In this document: positions 21,706 to 30,281 of the stretch, in pieces
How positions within the stretch are numbered: position 1 is the stretch's first letter
Layout of the letters: every line of letters begins with the position of its first letter
Source of the DNA: an uncultured Gemmatimonadales bacterium
GTDB taxonomy: Bacteria; Gemmatimonadota; Gemmatimonadetes; Gemmatimonadales; Gemmatimonadaceae
Length of the DNA: 64,000 nucleotides
Assembly (NCBI GenBank): GCA_963793305.1
Contig: CAWBZV010000005.1
Coordinates: 1,056,001 to 1,120,000, forward strand
Direction of reading: 5' to 3'
Notes under the pieces: generated by a model
What the model was told of the DNA's origin: nothing
The model's database searches: none
Seen by the model: only the letters and a program-made list of their open reading frames with translations
Made by a program: the position numbers and the translations under genes

Positions 21706-22130
21706 AACAACCAGAGGGAGAGCCGGCCCCATCGCAATGGATGCGGGACCTGCGTTGGGGAGCTGCGATCGGACTCTTCGTGGGGACCGTGCTCTCCCTC
21801 TGGGTCTGTGCGGTTTCCTTAACAACCGGCAGGACGGAGTTCCCGCGGCTGGGAATGAGCCTCGGAGCCGTGGTCGCCTTTTACTACTTGGGTGCCCTGA
21901 TTGTCGGCCTGATCATCGGCCTGCTTCGGCCAGCGACGCGGACCGCATTCGGCGCCATGGCCGTCGGCGTCATCGCCGGGCTGCCGGCGGGAGCGTTGAT
22001 GGACATCTGGACCTACACCGGCCCGCTGACAGGTTGGTTCGAGGCGCGCTGGTGGTTCCCGGTTGTCGTGAGCCTGGCCGTCGGTGCGCCGGCGGGCTAC
22101 ATGATTTGGCGCCAGAATCGCTCGGGATGA
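21702..22130 (+). CDS. Probable Rhs immunity protein, 4-TM membrane protein
   Basis: ATGA overlap with the Rhs stop; 142 aa with four hydrophobic segments. Confidence 0.7.
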   Translation: MKQPEGEPAPSQWMRDLRWGAAIGLFVGTVLSLWVCAVSLTTGRTEFPRLGMSLGAVVAFYYLGALIVGLIIGLLRPATRTAFGAMAVGVIAGLPAGALMDIWTYTGPLTGWFEARWWFPVVVSLAVGAPAGYMIWRQNRSG

Positions 22131-22382
22131 TAGACCAAGGATAGGGATGTCGGCCCCGGGCCGCGCCTGCGCCATTATCCCTAGGTGCCCACTGAAGCCC
22201 AATCCCTCGGCCTACTCTCGCGGGATTCGAAGTCCTCGATGACCTTCGCGGACCAAAGCAGCCAGAATTCCGGCTCGACCGGTCTTGTGACCGAGCCAAT
22301 GTAGTGACGAGATCGCTCGACCCGACATTAGGTGGCGCATGCCCCTGCCTTCGAGTTCGTCACTCCATTGTGAGGTCATCCC

Positions 22383-22862
22383 ATTCGCTCACTTGCCGAT
22401 TTCATCGAATCGACATTCTTCGAAGCCGTATTCATTCCCGTCCTCGTCGTGTGCGTCGGTATTGCCCTTCGCTTGCTCAGCATGCGATCCGATGATCAAC
22501 GTCGGCCAGTCGACGCGTATGCTGCTGGCTGGGATCTCATGGTTGCGGGATCCGTGCTGGCGTGCGAGACGCTCTTTCAACTCCTTCGGTGCTCGCATGA
22601 ACCGGGCATTCCCAACCCGTTCTGCGCTCGGTATTCGCGAATGGCGAGGGCCGCGAACGTGACATCCGATGAGTATGTTACACTCAGCATCGGCTTCTTT
22701 CTCGTCGTCGCCCTGTTGGCCCTCGTCATAACGAGCCTGGTTCGCAGGTTCGGCTGGAACCGCGATGCCAGAGAGTGGCGACTGAACCGCGTCGGCGTGG
22801 TCCTGCCGTGGATTGGTGGACTGATGGTCGTATTTGGCGTGTTCTACTTGAGGGGCTACTGA
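22383..22862 (+). CDS. Hypothetical 4-TM membrane protein (start uncertain: ATT 22383 or GTG 22449)
   Basis: Open frame from 22374 with hydrophobic segments FFEAVFIPVLVVCVGIAL, LSIGFFLVVALLALVI, VVLPWIGGLMVVFGVF; GAGGT upstream of 22383. Confidence 0.55.
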   Translation: MRSLADFIESTFFEAVFIPVLVVCVGIALRLLSMRSDDQRRPVDAYAAGWDLMVAGSVLACETLFQLLRCSHEPGIPNPFCARYSRMARAANVTSDEYVTLSIGFFLVVALLALVITSLVRRFGWNRDAREWRLNRVGVVLPWIGGLMVVFGVFYLRGY

Positions 22863-22864
22863 GA

Positions 22865-23266
22865 ATGCACGCAAAATCGCGGCGGTTTACTGCCACGCTT
22901 ATTTTCGCGACAGCTGGCTTTGGCCTCGTCGGCCTAACCCTGGCGGTATTCACAATGAACGGCCAGCCGGTGAGCGAGCAGTCACGTCTGTGGTATCTGC
23001 CACTCACAATCGCGGGAGGGCTTCTCGCCGCCGCGATTGTTCGAATTTTTGAGTCCTCTTCCAAGCCCGTCTCCATCTGGGAGCAATATCTCATGGGGAA
23101 ACTTGGACCGGTCGACGACGAGCTGTTGCGTCGTATGACCGAAGAGGTGATGGCAGAACTAGTCGAGAAGCACGGGATGACTCTGGAGCGCGCATCCAAG
23201 CCCGAAGCCGGTAGCGCCCGCACCCCGGCTCAGCCCGATCTGTTCGAGAAATTCAGACGCAACTAA
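22865..23266 (+). CDS. Hypothetical 2-TM membrane protein with charged C-terminal tail
   Basis: ATG 2 nt after previous stop; two TM segments then helical acidic/basic tail. Confidence 0.55.
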   Translation: MHAKSRRFTATLIFATAGFGLVGLTLAVFTMNGQPVSEQSRLWYLPLTIAGGLLAAAIVRIFESSSKPVSIWEQYLMGKLGPVDDELLRRMTEEVMAELVEKHGMTLERASKPEAGSARTPAQPDLFEKFRRN

Positions 23267-23328
23267 CAAGGATGATCCCGTCATGAAGCCGATGACGTGG
23301 TTGCCGAACGCAGTGTTTAGCATCGGGC

Positions 23329-23703
23329 ATGCTCACCGATGCCCAAACCCTCGGCCTCCTCGGCGAACGGATCGCCGCGAAATGGCTGCGGCGCCGCGGC
23401 TGGCGGGTGCTGGAGCATCGGTTCAAGAACGGGCACCGGGACCTGGACCTCGTAGTCCAAAGGGGTAAGACCGTCGCGTTCGTCGAGGTCAAAACACGAA
23501 CCGACCTCTGCTTTGGCGGCCCCGTCAGCGCCGTCGACTTCTTCAAACTCCAGCAGCTACGGCGCTCGGCCGTGGTCTGGATGTCGCGCTACGGCCGATC
23601 CGGCCTGGAATACCGGATCGATGTGGTTGCCGTGTGGATAAGTGGCTGCGATGTGAAAATCTACCATGTGGAAAACGCGCATGTTTTCCACTTGGATGGT
23701 TGA
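23329..23703 (+). CDS. yraN: YraN family (UPF0102) PD-(D/E)xK protein
   Basis: GLLGERIA..WL, DLDLV, FVEVKTR, YRIDVVAV. Confidence 0.9.
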   Translation: MLTDAQTLGLLGERIAAKWLRRRGWRVLEHRFKNGHRDLDLVVQRGKTVAFVEVKTRTDLCFGGPVSAVDFFKLQQLRRSAVVWMSRYGRSGLEYRIDVVAVWISGCDVKIYHVENAHVFHLDG

Positions 23704-23717
23704 TTTTCGCCTGTGCA

Positions 23718-23732
23718 GTTCGCATTTTGTTC
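23718..23732 (+). promoter_or_regulatory. Candidate LexA/SOS box GTTC-N7-GTTC in the recA promoter
   Basis: GTTC GCATTTT GTTC immediately upstream of -10-like TATTCT (23737-23742). Confidence 0.6.
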
Positions 23733-23824
23733 GGGGTATTCTGGCGGCCGCTCGCGATGGGTAGATTTACCCACTCCTACGCGGCCAGGCGTGGGCTCAC
23801 CACCAAAAAAATCGGGCGGAACCA

Positions 23825-24880
23825 ATGGCGGTGTCGACGGCGCAAGATGATCGCAAGAAAGCACTGAACCTGGCCATCGCACAAATCGAAAAGAATTGTG
23901 GAAAGGGCTCCATCATGCGGATGGGCCCCGATGCGCCGCGCATCCGCGTCGAAGCAGTATCGACCGGAGCAATCAATCTCGACGCCGCAATCGGCGTCGG
24001 CGGTATTCCCCGCGGTCGCATCACCGAGATCTACGGTCCCGAGTCGAGCGGCAAGACAACACTCTGTTTGCACGTCGTCGCCAATGCTCAGCGCGGCGGC
24101 GGTGTCGCTGCCTACATCGACGCCGAACACGCGCTCGATACCGAATACGCCAAAAAGCTCGGCGTCGATATCGAGAATCTGTTGATCTCGCAGCCCGACA
24201 CCGGCGAGCAAGCACTCGAGATCTGCGAGATCCTCGTTCGCTCGGGCGCCGTCGATGTCATCGTGATCGACTCCGTCGCGGCCCTCGTGCCGAAGGCCGA
24301 GATCGAGGGCGATATGGGCGACTCGCACATGGGCTTGCAAGCGCGCCTCATGAGTCAGGCGCTGCGCAAGCTCACCGGTGCCATCGCCCGGTCGAAGTGC
24401 AGCGTGATCTTCATCAATCAGCTCCGCGAGAAGATCGGCGTCATGTTCGGCAATCCCGAGACGACGACGGGCGGCAAAGCGCTCAAGTTCTACGCCTCGG
24501 TTCGTCTCGATATCCGCCGGATCGGACCGGTCAAAGAGAAAGAAGACGTTATCGGCTCTCACGTCCGCGTGAAAGTCGTGAAGAACAAAGTCGCGCCGCC
24601 CTTCAAGCAGGCCGAGTTCGACATCATGTACGCCGAGGGGATCAGCCACACGTCCCTCCTGGTCGACATCGGCGCCGAGAGCGGCATCATCGAGAAGTCA
24701 GGCGCGTGGTACAGCTACGGCTCCCAGCGCATCGGGCAGGGCCGCGAAAACGCGAAGATGTTCTTGAAGGACAACCCCACCCTCATGGCCGAGATCGAGG
24801 AGAAAGTGAAGGGCATCCTCGGCATGCGGGCAGATCTCGTTGGCGCCGGCGATTCCGGCGAGGCGGCCACGGACGATTGA
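23825..24880 (+). CDS. recA: Recombinase RecA
   Basis: [59 protein letters not shown]. Confidence 0.99.
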   Translation: MAVSTAQDDRKKALNLAIAQIEKNCGKGSIMRMGPDAPRIRVEAVSTGAINLDAAIGVGGIPRGRITEIYGPESSGKTTLCLHVVANAQRGGGVAAYIDAEHALDTEYAKKLGVDIENLLISQPDTGEQALEICEILVRSGAVDVIVIDSVAALVPKAEIEGDMGDSHMGLQARLMSQALRKLTGAIARSKCSVIFINQLREKIGVMFGNPETTTGGKALKFYASVRLDIRRIGPVKEKEDVIGSHVRVKVVKNKVAPPFKQAEFDIMYAEGISHTSLLVDIGAESGIIEKSGAWYSYGSQRIGQGRENAKMFLKDNPTLMAEIEEKVKGILGMRADLVGAGDSGEAATDD

Positions 24881-24904
24881 TTGTGCCGACTATGTCCGGC
24901 CAAG

Positions 24905-25099
24905 AAGGGGGCCGAGGAGACCAACCGCTGTGTGAAGTACAGGGCCCGGATCCCTGTACTGTGCACGGCGACGCTCCTCGGCCTCTTTGCATTCGCAAAG
25001 AGGCCGAGGACCGTCGTCATACGCATTTGCGGCTGTCGCCGCACATGCAGTTCGTTCTCCTCCGGGGGGCGAACCCCAACTACGCCCCCCGGACCCCCC
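24905..25099 (+). other. Highly structured recA-recX intergenic element (alternative hairpins; candidate cis-regulatory RNA or REP-like element)
   Basis: Perfect 16-bp inverted repeat 24975-24990/24995-25010; competing 15-bp stem 24905-24919/24974-24988; further stems 24936-24960, 25023-25048, 25061-25093. Confidence 0.7.
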
Positions 25100-25106
25100 A
25101 AGGGCG

Positions 25107-25738
25107 ATGACACTGCCGGTCATGCTCGACCGTCATATCCTGACGCGCGACGCGAGGGGCGGCTCGCGGTTCTGGTTGACGGCCAACCGGCCGCGGTGGT
25201 CTCGCTCGACGACATAGAGCGCCTCAATCTCCACGTCGGCGCGACGATCGATCCCGCCGCCTTGTCGGAGGCCGACGCGGACTGCGCGCTCTACGATCGG
25301 GCCCTTCGGCTGCTCGCGGCCCGATCTCGATCGGCGGCCGAGATCCGGCGCCGCCTGCGTCGCGACGGCGCCGTGGCCGATCGCATTGAGCGCGTCGTCG
25401 GGACCCTCGTGTCTCGCGGATTCCTCGACGATGCCGCGCATGCGCGAGCGGTCACCCGCTCGCGCGTACGCTCCCGTGCCGCCTCGTCTCGCCGCATCGA
25501 GCAGGAGCTGCGCCGACAGGGCGTGGCCTCCGACGTGGCCACCGAGGCCATCACCGAGGTGTTCGCTGACGAGGCAGTCGATGAGAGCGCGGTCGCACTG
25601 GCGGTCGCGCGCAAGCGCGCCACGCTATTGGCCGATCTGCCCGCCCCGGTGCAACGGCGGCGGTTATATGGGTTCCTCGCCCGGCGAGGCTACAGCCCGG
25701 ATATCGTTCGCGCGGCGGTGGAAGCGGTCCTGAAATAG
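25107..25738 (+). CDS. recX: Regulatory protein RecX (5' end uncertain, probable frameshift near 25130)
   Basis: ALRLLAARSRSAAEIRRRL, GFLDDAAHA, RIEQELRRQGV, RRLYGFLARRGY; follows recA. Confidence 0.88.
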
Positions 25739-25754
25739 CCCGTATATTGGTTGG

Positions 25755-28490
25755 ATGCCGACGATGACCGCCGCCGAGATTCGTAGACGCTTCCTGGAAT
25801 ATTTCCGGGCGCACGGTCACGCCTTGCTCCCGAGCTCGTCGCTCGTGCCGAGCGATGACCCGACGCTGCTGTTCACCAACGCGGGGATGGTGCAATTCAA
25901 GCGCATCTTCCTCGGTCTCCAACAACTGCCCGCCGAACGCCGCGCGACGACGTCGCAGAAGTGCGTGCGCGCCGGCGGCAAGCACAACGATCTCGAGCAA
26001 GTGGGCCGCACCTTCCGGCACCACACGTTCTTCGAGATGCTCGGGAACTTCAGCTTCGGCGATTACTTCAAGCGAGACGCGATCACGTTTGCGTGGGAGT
26101 TCGTCACGCGTGACCTCGGAATCGCCCCCGAGCACCTCCGGGTCAGCGTGTATCGCCCGGACGATGAGGCGCGCTCACTCTGGCGCGAGATCGCGGGTCT
26201 CCCCGACTCTCGGATCTACGGCCTCGGCGAAGCCGACAACTTCTGGCAGATGGGCGACACGGGCCCGTGCGGACCGTGCTCGGAGATTTACGTCGACCTC
26301 ATCCCGTTGGTCAAAGACTGGCGCTTCCCTGAGGGCGCGACCGGCGAGTGGACGGACACGCACCGGGACACGTTCTCGGAGGCTGCCTTCGTCGAGGGCG
26401 CCGAGGCCGGCCGGTTCCTGGAAATCTGGAACCTGGTCTTCATGCAGTTCGACCGCCAGCCGAACGGCGAGCTCGTCCCGCTGCCGAAACCGTCGGTCGA
26501 CACCGGCGCGGGCCTCGAGCGGATCGCGGCGGCGCTCCAGGGCGTCACGAGCAACTATCACACGGACCTCTTCACGCCTTTGCTGAAAGCGGTCGAGCAA
26601 GCCGTCGGCCGCCCGTATCGCGGCCGCGACCCGCTCGCGCCCGTTGAGCGCATCGGCCGCGCGATCGACGATCCCGCGTCCTATCGCGTCATCGCCGACC
26701 ACGCGCGCGCGGTCGCGTTCCTGCTCGCCGATGGCGTGACACCGGCGAACGACGGCCGCGGGTACGTCCTCCGCCGCATCCTTCGCCGCGCAGTCCGGCA
26801 CGCGTGGCTCCTCGGCCGCAACGAGCCTACGCTGGTCAATGTCGTGCAGGCGGTGATCGACACCATGCACGACGTCTATCCGGAGCTCAAGCACCGCCAA
26901 CGCTATCTGCTGGAACAAACGCGGGGCGAGGAAGAACGCTTTCTGGCGACGATCGCCGGCGGCATGTCGCGCTTCGACGAAATCGCTCCCCCGGTCAGCG
27001 CACACGGCCCTGACACGATCAGTGGCGAGGACGCCTTCCGACTGTACGACACGTTCGGGTTCCCGTTCGACCTGACAGAGCTCATGGCGCGGGAACGCGG
27101 TTACACCGTCGACGTTGAGGGGTTTGAGGCCGCTCTCGCGGCGCAGCGCACCATGTCCCAGGAGGAGCGCCGCGCGCGGCAGCTCACCGTTGAGGGCGAC
27201 GAGCTGACTGGCGCCTGGACTGGTGACGCCAAGGCGAAAGACGCCTTCGTGGGCTACGACGAGCTCGAGATCAAGACGCGGGTCGTCGCCAAAAAAGACC
27301 TGAAAGACGGCCGGGTCGCGCTCGTGCTCGAACAGCGCCCGTTCTATCTCGAGTCCGGCGGCCAGATCTCCGACAAAGGTGAGATCGTGGGCGACGGCTG
27401 GCGCATGGACGTCGAGGATGTCAGAAAAGCGGACGAACGGGTCGCGATCATAGGTCGGGTCGATGGCAAATTCGAGCTCGGCCCCGTCACCGCGAGAGTC
27501 CCGCGCGACGTCCGTCTCGACACCGAGCGAAATCACACGGCCACTCACTTACTGCACGCGGCACTGCGTACAGTCCTGGGAGAACACGTACACCAGCGTG
27601 GCTCGCTCGTCGCGCCGGACCGCCTACGGTTCGACTTCAGCCACAACACGCCGATGCGCCCCGAGCAGATCGGCGAAGTCGAGCGTATCGTCAACCGCGA
27701 GATCTGGCGCGCGATCCCCGTGGTCCGCGAGCAACGCCCGCTGGCCGAGGCGCGCGCGGCGGGCGCGATGGCGCTGTTCGGCGAGAAATACGGCGACATC
27801 GTCCGCGTGATCAGCGTTCCGGGCTTCTCGATGGAGCTCTGCGGCGGAACGCACTTGAGGAACACCAGCGAGGTCGGGCTCTTCAAGATCGTCTCCGAGA
27901 CCGGCGTCGGCAGCGGCACGCGACGCATCGAGGCCCTGACCGGCCCCGGGGCATTCGAGCATCTGGAGCAGTACGAGCGCGCGATCACCCGAATCAGCGA
28001 ATCGCTCAAAGCGCCGGCCGAGCCCGAAGGAATCGTGACGCGCGTCGAGCAGGTCATTGCCGACCGCCGATCACTGGAGAAACGCCTCGCCGATGCGCAA
28101 CGTGGCGGCGGGGATGAGCTCCGGCGACTCCTCGACCAGGCGGTCGCCGTCGACGGCGCCCGCGTGGTCGCCGCTCGCCTGGAACCACCACCCGAAGACC
28201 TCAAAGCGTTGCAGACGCTCGGCGATGCGCTGCGAGAGCAGCTGCGCACGGGTGTCGGCGTCCTGGCCGCGTCGTTCCCGGATGGCAAGAACACGTTGCT
28301 GGTCGTCGTCACCGATGACCTCCGCGAGCGCGGTCTGCGCGCGGACACGCTGGTCGGCGAGCTCGCCGCGGCCGCCGGCGGCAAGGGTGGCGGCAAGCCG
28401 CACATGGCGCAGGCCGGCATTCCCGACCCGTCACGCATCGCGGCGGCGCTGGATGCCGTGGTGCCCACCGTGCGGGCGCGCCTGTCGTGA
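25755..28490 (+). CDS. alaS: Alanine--tRNA ligase
   Basis: LLFTNAGMVQFK, HHTFFEMLGNFSFGDYFK, EIWNLVFMQF, DTGAGLER, NHTATHLLH, ELCGGTH, GGKGGG. Confidence 0.99.
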   Translation: MPTMTAAEIRRRFLEYFRAHGHALLPSSSLVPSDDPTLLFTNAGMVQFKRIFLGLQQLPAERRATTSQKCVRAGGKHNDLEQVGRTFRHHTFFEMLGNFSFGDYFKRDAITFAWEFVTRDLGIAPEHLRVSVYRPDDEARSLWREIAGLPDSRIYGLGEADNFWQMGDTGPCGPCSEIYVDLIPLVKDWRFPEGATGEWTDTHRDTFSEAAFVEGAEAGRFLEIWNLVFMQFDRQPNGELVPLPKPSVDTGAGLERIAAALQGVTSNYHTDLFTPLLKAVEQAVGRPYRGRDPLAPVERIGRAIDDPASYRVIADHARAVAFLLADGVTPANDGRGYVLRRILRRAVRHAWLLGRNEPTLVNVVQAVIDTMHDVYPELKHRQRYLLEQTRGEEERFLATIAGGMSRFDEIAPPVSAHGPDTISGEDAFRLYDTFGFPFDLTELMARERGYTVDVEGFEAALAAQRTMSQEERRARQLTVEGDELTGAWTGDAKAKDAFVGYDELEIKTRVVAKKDLKDGRVALVLEQRPFYLESGGQISDKGEIVGDGWRMDVEDVRKADERVAIIGRVDGKFELGPVTARVPRDVRLDTERNHTATHLLHAALRTVLGEHVHQRGSLVAPDRLRFDFSHNTPMRPEQIGEVERIVNREIWRAIPVVREQRPLAEARAAGAMALFGEKYGDIVRVISVPGFSMELCGGTHLRNTSEVGLFKIVSETGVGSGTRRIEALTGPGAFEHLEQYERAITRISESLKAPAEPEGIVTRVEQVIADRRSLEKRLADAQRGGGDELRRLLDQAVAVDGARVVAARLEPPPEDLKALQTLGDALREQLRTGVGVLAASFPDGKNTLLVVVTDDLRERGLRADTLVGELAAAAGGKGGGKPHMAQAGIPDPSRIAAALDAVVPTVRARLS

Positions 28491-28801
28491 CGCACCCACG
28501 TTGGCGCGACGCGGCGACGCCATCGCCCCCGGCCGCGCTCGCCGCGGCTGTCGAGGCGCAACTCGACACGCCGGATGACGTGACTCCGGAAGCGTACCTC
28601 GAAGCCGCCGAACGGCTGCTCGCGGCGCTGCTCAAAGAAGGATGCATCTCGCGCGAGAACGCCCTCGATCTGCTCGTCGCCGACGCGCTCGTCACGTACG
28701 CGTTCGAGGCCGCGAGCGACGCGACCCCGGCCGAGATCATCGCGCTCGGCGCTCGCGCCATGACGCGTATCGCCGCATTCGCCGTCCCAGGCGACTCATG
28801 A
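28487..28801 (+). CDS. Hypothetical small helical protein
   Basis: Overlaps both neighbours (GTGA/ATGA); ALDLLVADALVTYAFEAA segment. Confidence 0.65.
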   Translation: MTHPRWRDAATPSPPAALAAAVEAQLDTPDDVTPEAYLEAAERLLAALLKEGCISRENALDLLVADALVTYAFEAASDATPAEIIALGARAMTRIAAFAVPGDS

Positions 28802-29532
28802 TCGCTCCGCTGGCGCTCCTCAAGGACCGCCGCGGCCTGGCGATTCTCGTCGATCCAGCGCGCACAACGCCAGACGACGCGACCGAGCTCGCGGCTGACG
28901 CTGCCGCGGCGGGCGCTGCGGCGCTGCTCGTCGGCGGCAGTTACGGCATCGACGGGCGCGTGGCTGCCGTTGCTCGTGCACTCAAGGCCGGGGCGCCCAC
29001 GCTGCCATTGCTCCAGTTTCCGGGCGCCGCTTCGCAACTGGTCCCGGACGTAGACGCGGTACTGCTGTTGTCCCTGATCTCCGGTCGCAATCCGCAGTAT
29101 CTGATCGAGGAACACGTCCGCGCGGTCGGATTCTTCGCCGCCCACCCGGATGTCCCATCCCTCAGTACGGCCTACGTGTTGATCGACGGAGGCACGATCA
29201 CCTCGGTCGAATCCGTCAGTCAGACTCGCCCACTCCCATCCGACAAGCCGGAGCTGGTCGCGGCTCACGTGTCGGCGGCGATGTTGATCGGCATGCAGGC
29301 CGTATACCTGGATACTGGAAGCGGCGCGCGGCGTCCCGTGGGGTCGTCGCTCATTCATGCCGCCCGCCGCGCCTCTCGTGGGCTGTTGTTCGTAGGCGGA
29401 GGAATCCGCTCGCCAGACACCGTACGCGCCGCGCGAAGCGCGGGCGCAGATTATGTCGTTGTCGGTACCCACTTCGAGCGAGAGGCGCCGAGTGGGTCGG
29501 CCGTCCGAGAGTTCGTGCTCGCAGCACGCTAG
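28798..29532 (+). CDS. Geranylgeranylglyceryl/heptaprenylglyceryl phosphate synthase (GGGPS, group II-like)
   Basis: ILVDP, LLVGGS, FPG, DAVLLLSLISGRNPQYLI, TAYVLIDGG, YLDTGSGA, VGGGIRS, GADYVVVG. Confidence 0.9.
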   Translation: MIAPLALLKDRRGLAILVDPARTTPDDATELAADAAAAGAAALLVGGSYGIDGRVAAVARALKAGAPTLPLLQFPGAASQLVPDVDAVLLLSLISGRNPQYLIEEHVRAVGFFAAHPDVPSLSTAYVLIDGGTITSVESVSQTRPLPSDKPELVAAHVSAAMLIGMQAVYLDTGSGARRPVGSSLIHAARRASRGLLFVGGGIRSPDTVRAARSAGADYVVVGTHFEREAPSGSAVREFVLAAR

Positions 29533-30281
29533 TGATCGATATCCATTCGCACCTCCTCCCGGCGGTCGACGACGGCTCACAGTCGATCGACCAGTCGGTC
29601 GCGGTCCTGACGCGCCTCGCCGAGCAAGGCGTGGAGCGCCTGGTCTGCACGCCGCACCTCAAAGCCTCGCAGATCACCGTCGTCCCCCACGAGGCATACG
29701 CCGAGCGGTTCGCCGAGCTCGTGGCCGCGGCGCCGCCACGCCCGGTGCTGGCGCGCGGCTGGGAGATCATGCTCGACATCCCGGGCGCCGACCTCCGCTC
29801 GCGTGCCCTCGGCCTCGGCGGATCGACGGCCGTGCTGATCGAGTTCCCGCACACGGGCGTGCCGACCGGCGCGACCGAGGAGCTGTATCGCCTGCGCTCG
29901 TCCGGGATCGTCCCGGTGCTCGCGCACCCGGAGCGGTATTTCGGGTGCACGGTCGACCTCGTGCGCGAATGGCGACAAATTGGCGTGGTGATGCAAGTCG
30001 ATGGGTTGGCGCTCGCCGCCGGTGGCCCGATGGGGAAGCTCGCCCGTGCGCTCCTCGAAAACGGTCTGGCCGATCTCCTCGCCAGCGACAATCACGGCGA
30101 CTCGCGCTCGCTCGCGGCGGCACGCCACTATCTCGCGGAGGACCTGGGAGCGCGAGAGCAGGCCGACCTCCTGACGTCCACGAATGCCCGGCGGTTGCTC
30201 GCTGACGAATCCGTCGTTCCCGTCGGACCGGTCCACCTCCAGCAGGGTCTCATGCAACGCCTTCGCAAACTGTTCACGTGA
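29532..30281 (+). CDS. PHP-family tyrosine phosphatase (CpsB/CapC-like)
   Basis: IDIHSHLLPAVDDGS, CTPH, LAHPERY, ASDNH. Confidence 0.9.
   Translation: MIDIHSHLLPAVDDGSQSIDQSVAVLTRLAEQGVERLVCTPHLKASQITVVPHEAYAERFAELVAAAPPRPVLARGWEIMLDIPGADLRSRALGLGGSTAVLIEFPHTGVPTGATEELYRLRSSGIVPVLAHPERYFGCTVDLVREWRQIGVVMQVDGLALAAGGPMGKLARALLENGLADLLASDNHGDSRSLAAARHYLAEDLGAREQADLLTSTNARRLLADESVVPVGPVHLQQGLMQRLRKLFT

Noticed and set aside
22219..22240. tRNA T-arm-like TTCGAATCCC on the minus strand (possible att remnant)
   Set aside because: No GGTTC stem, acceptor stem or CCA; too short to support.
24881..25106. N-terminal extension of RecX in the ORF track
   Set aside because: Translates through the hairpin-rich intergenic region as Cys/Arg-rich nonsense; RecX-like sequence begins near 25107-25140.
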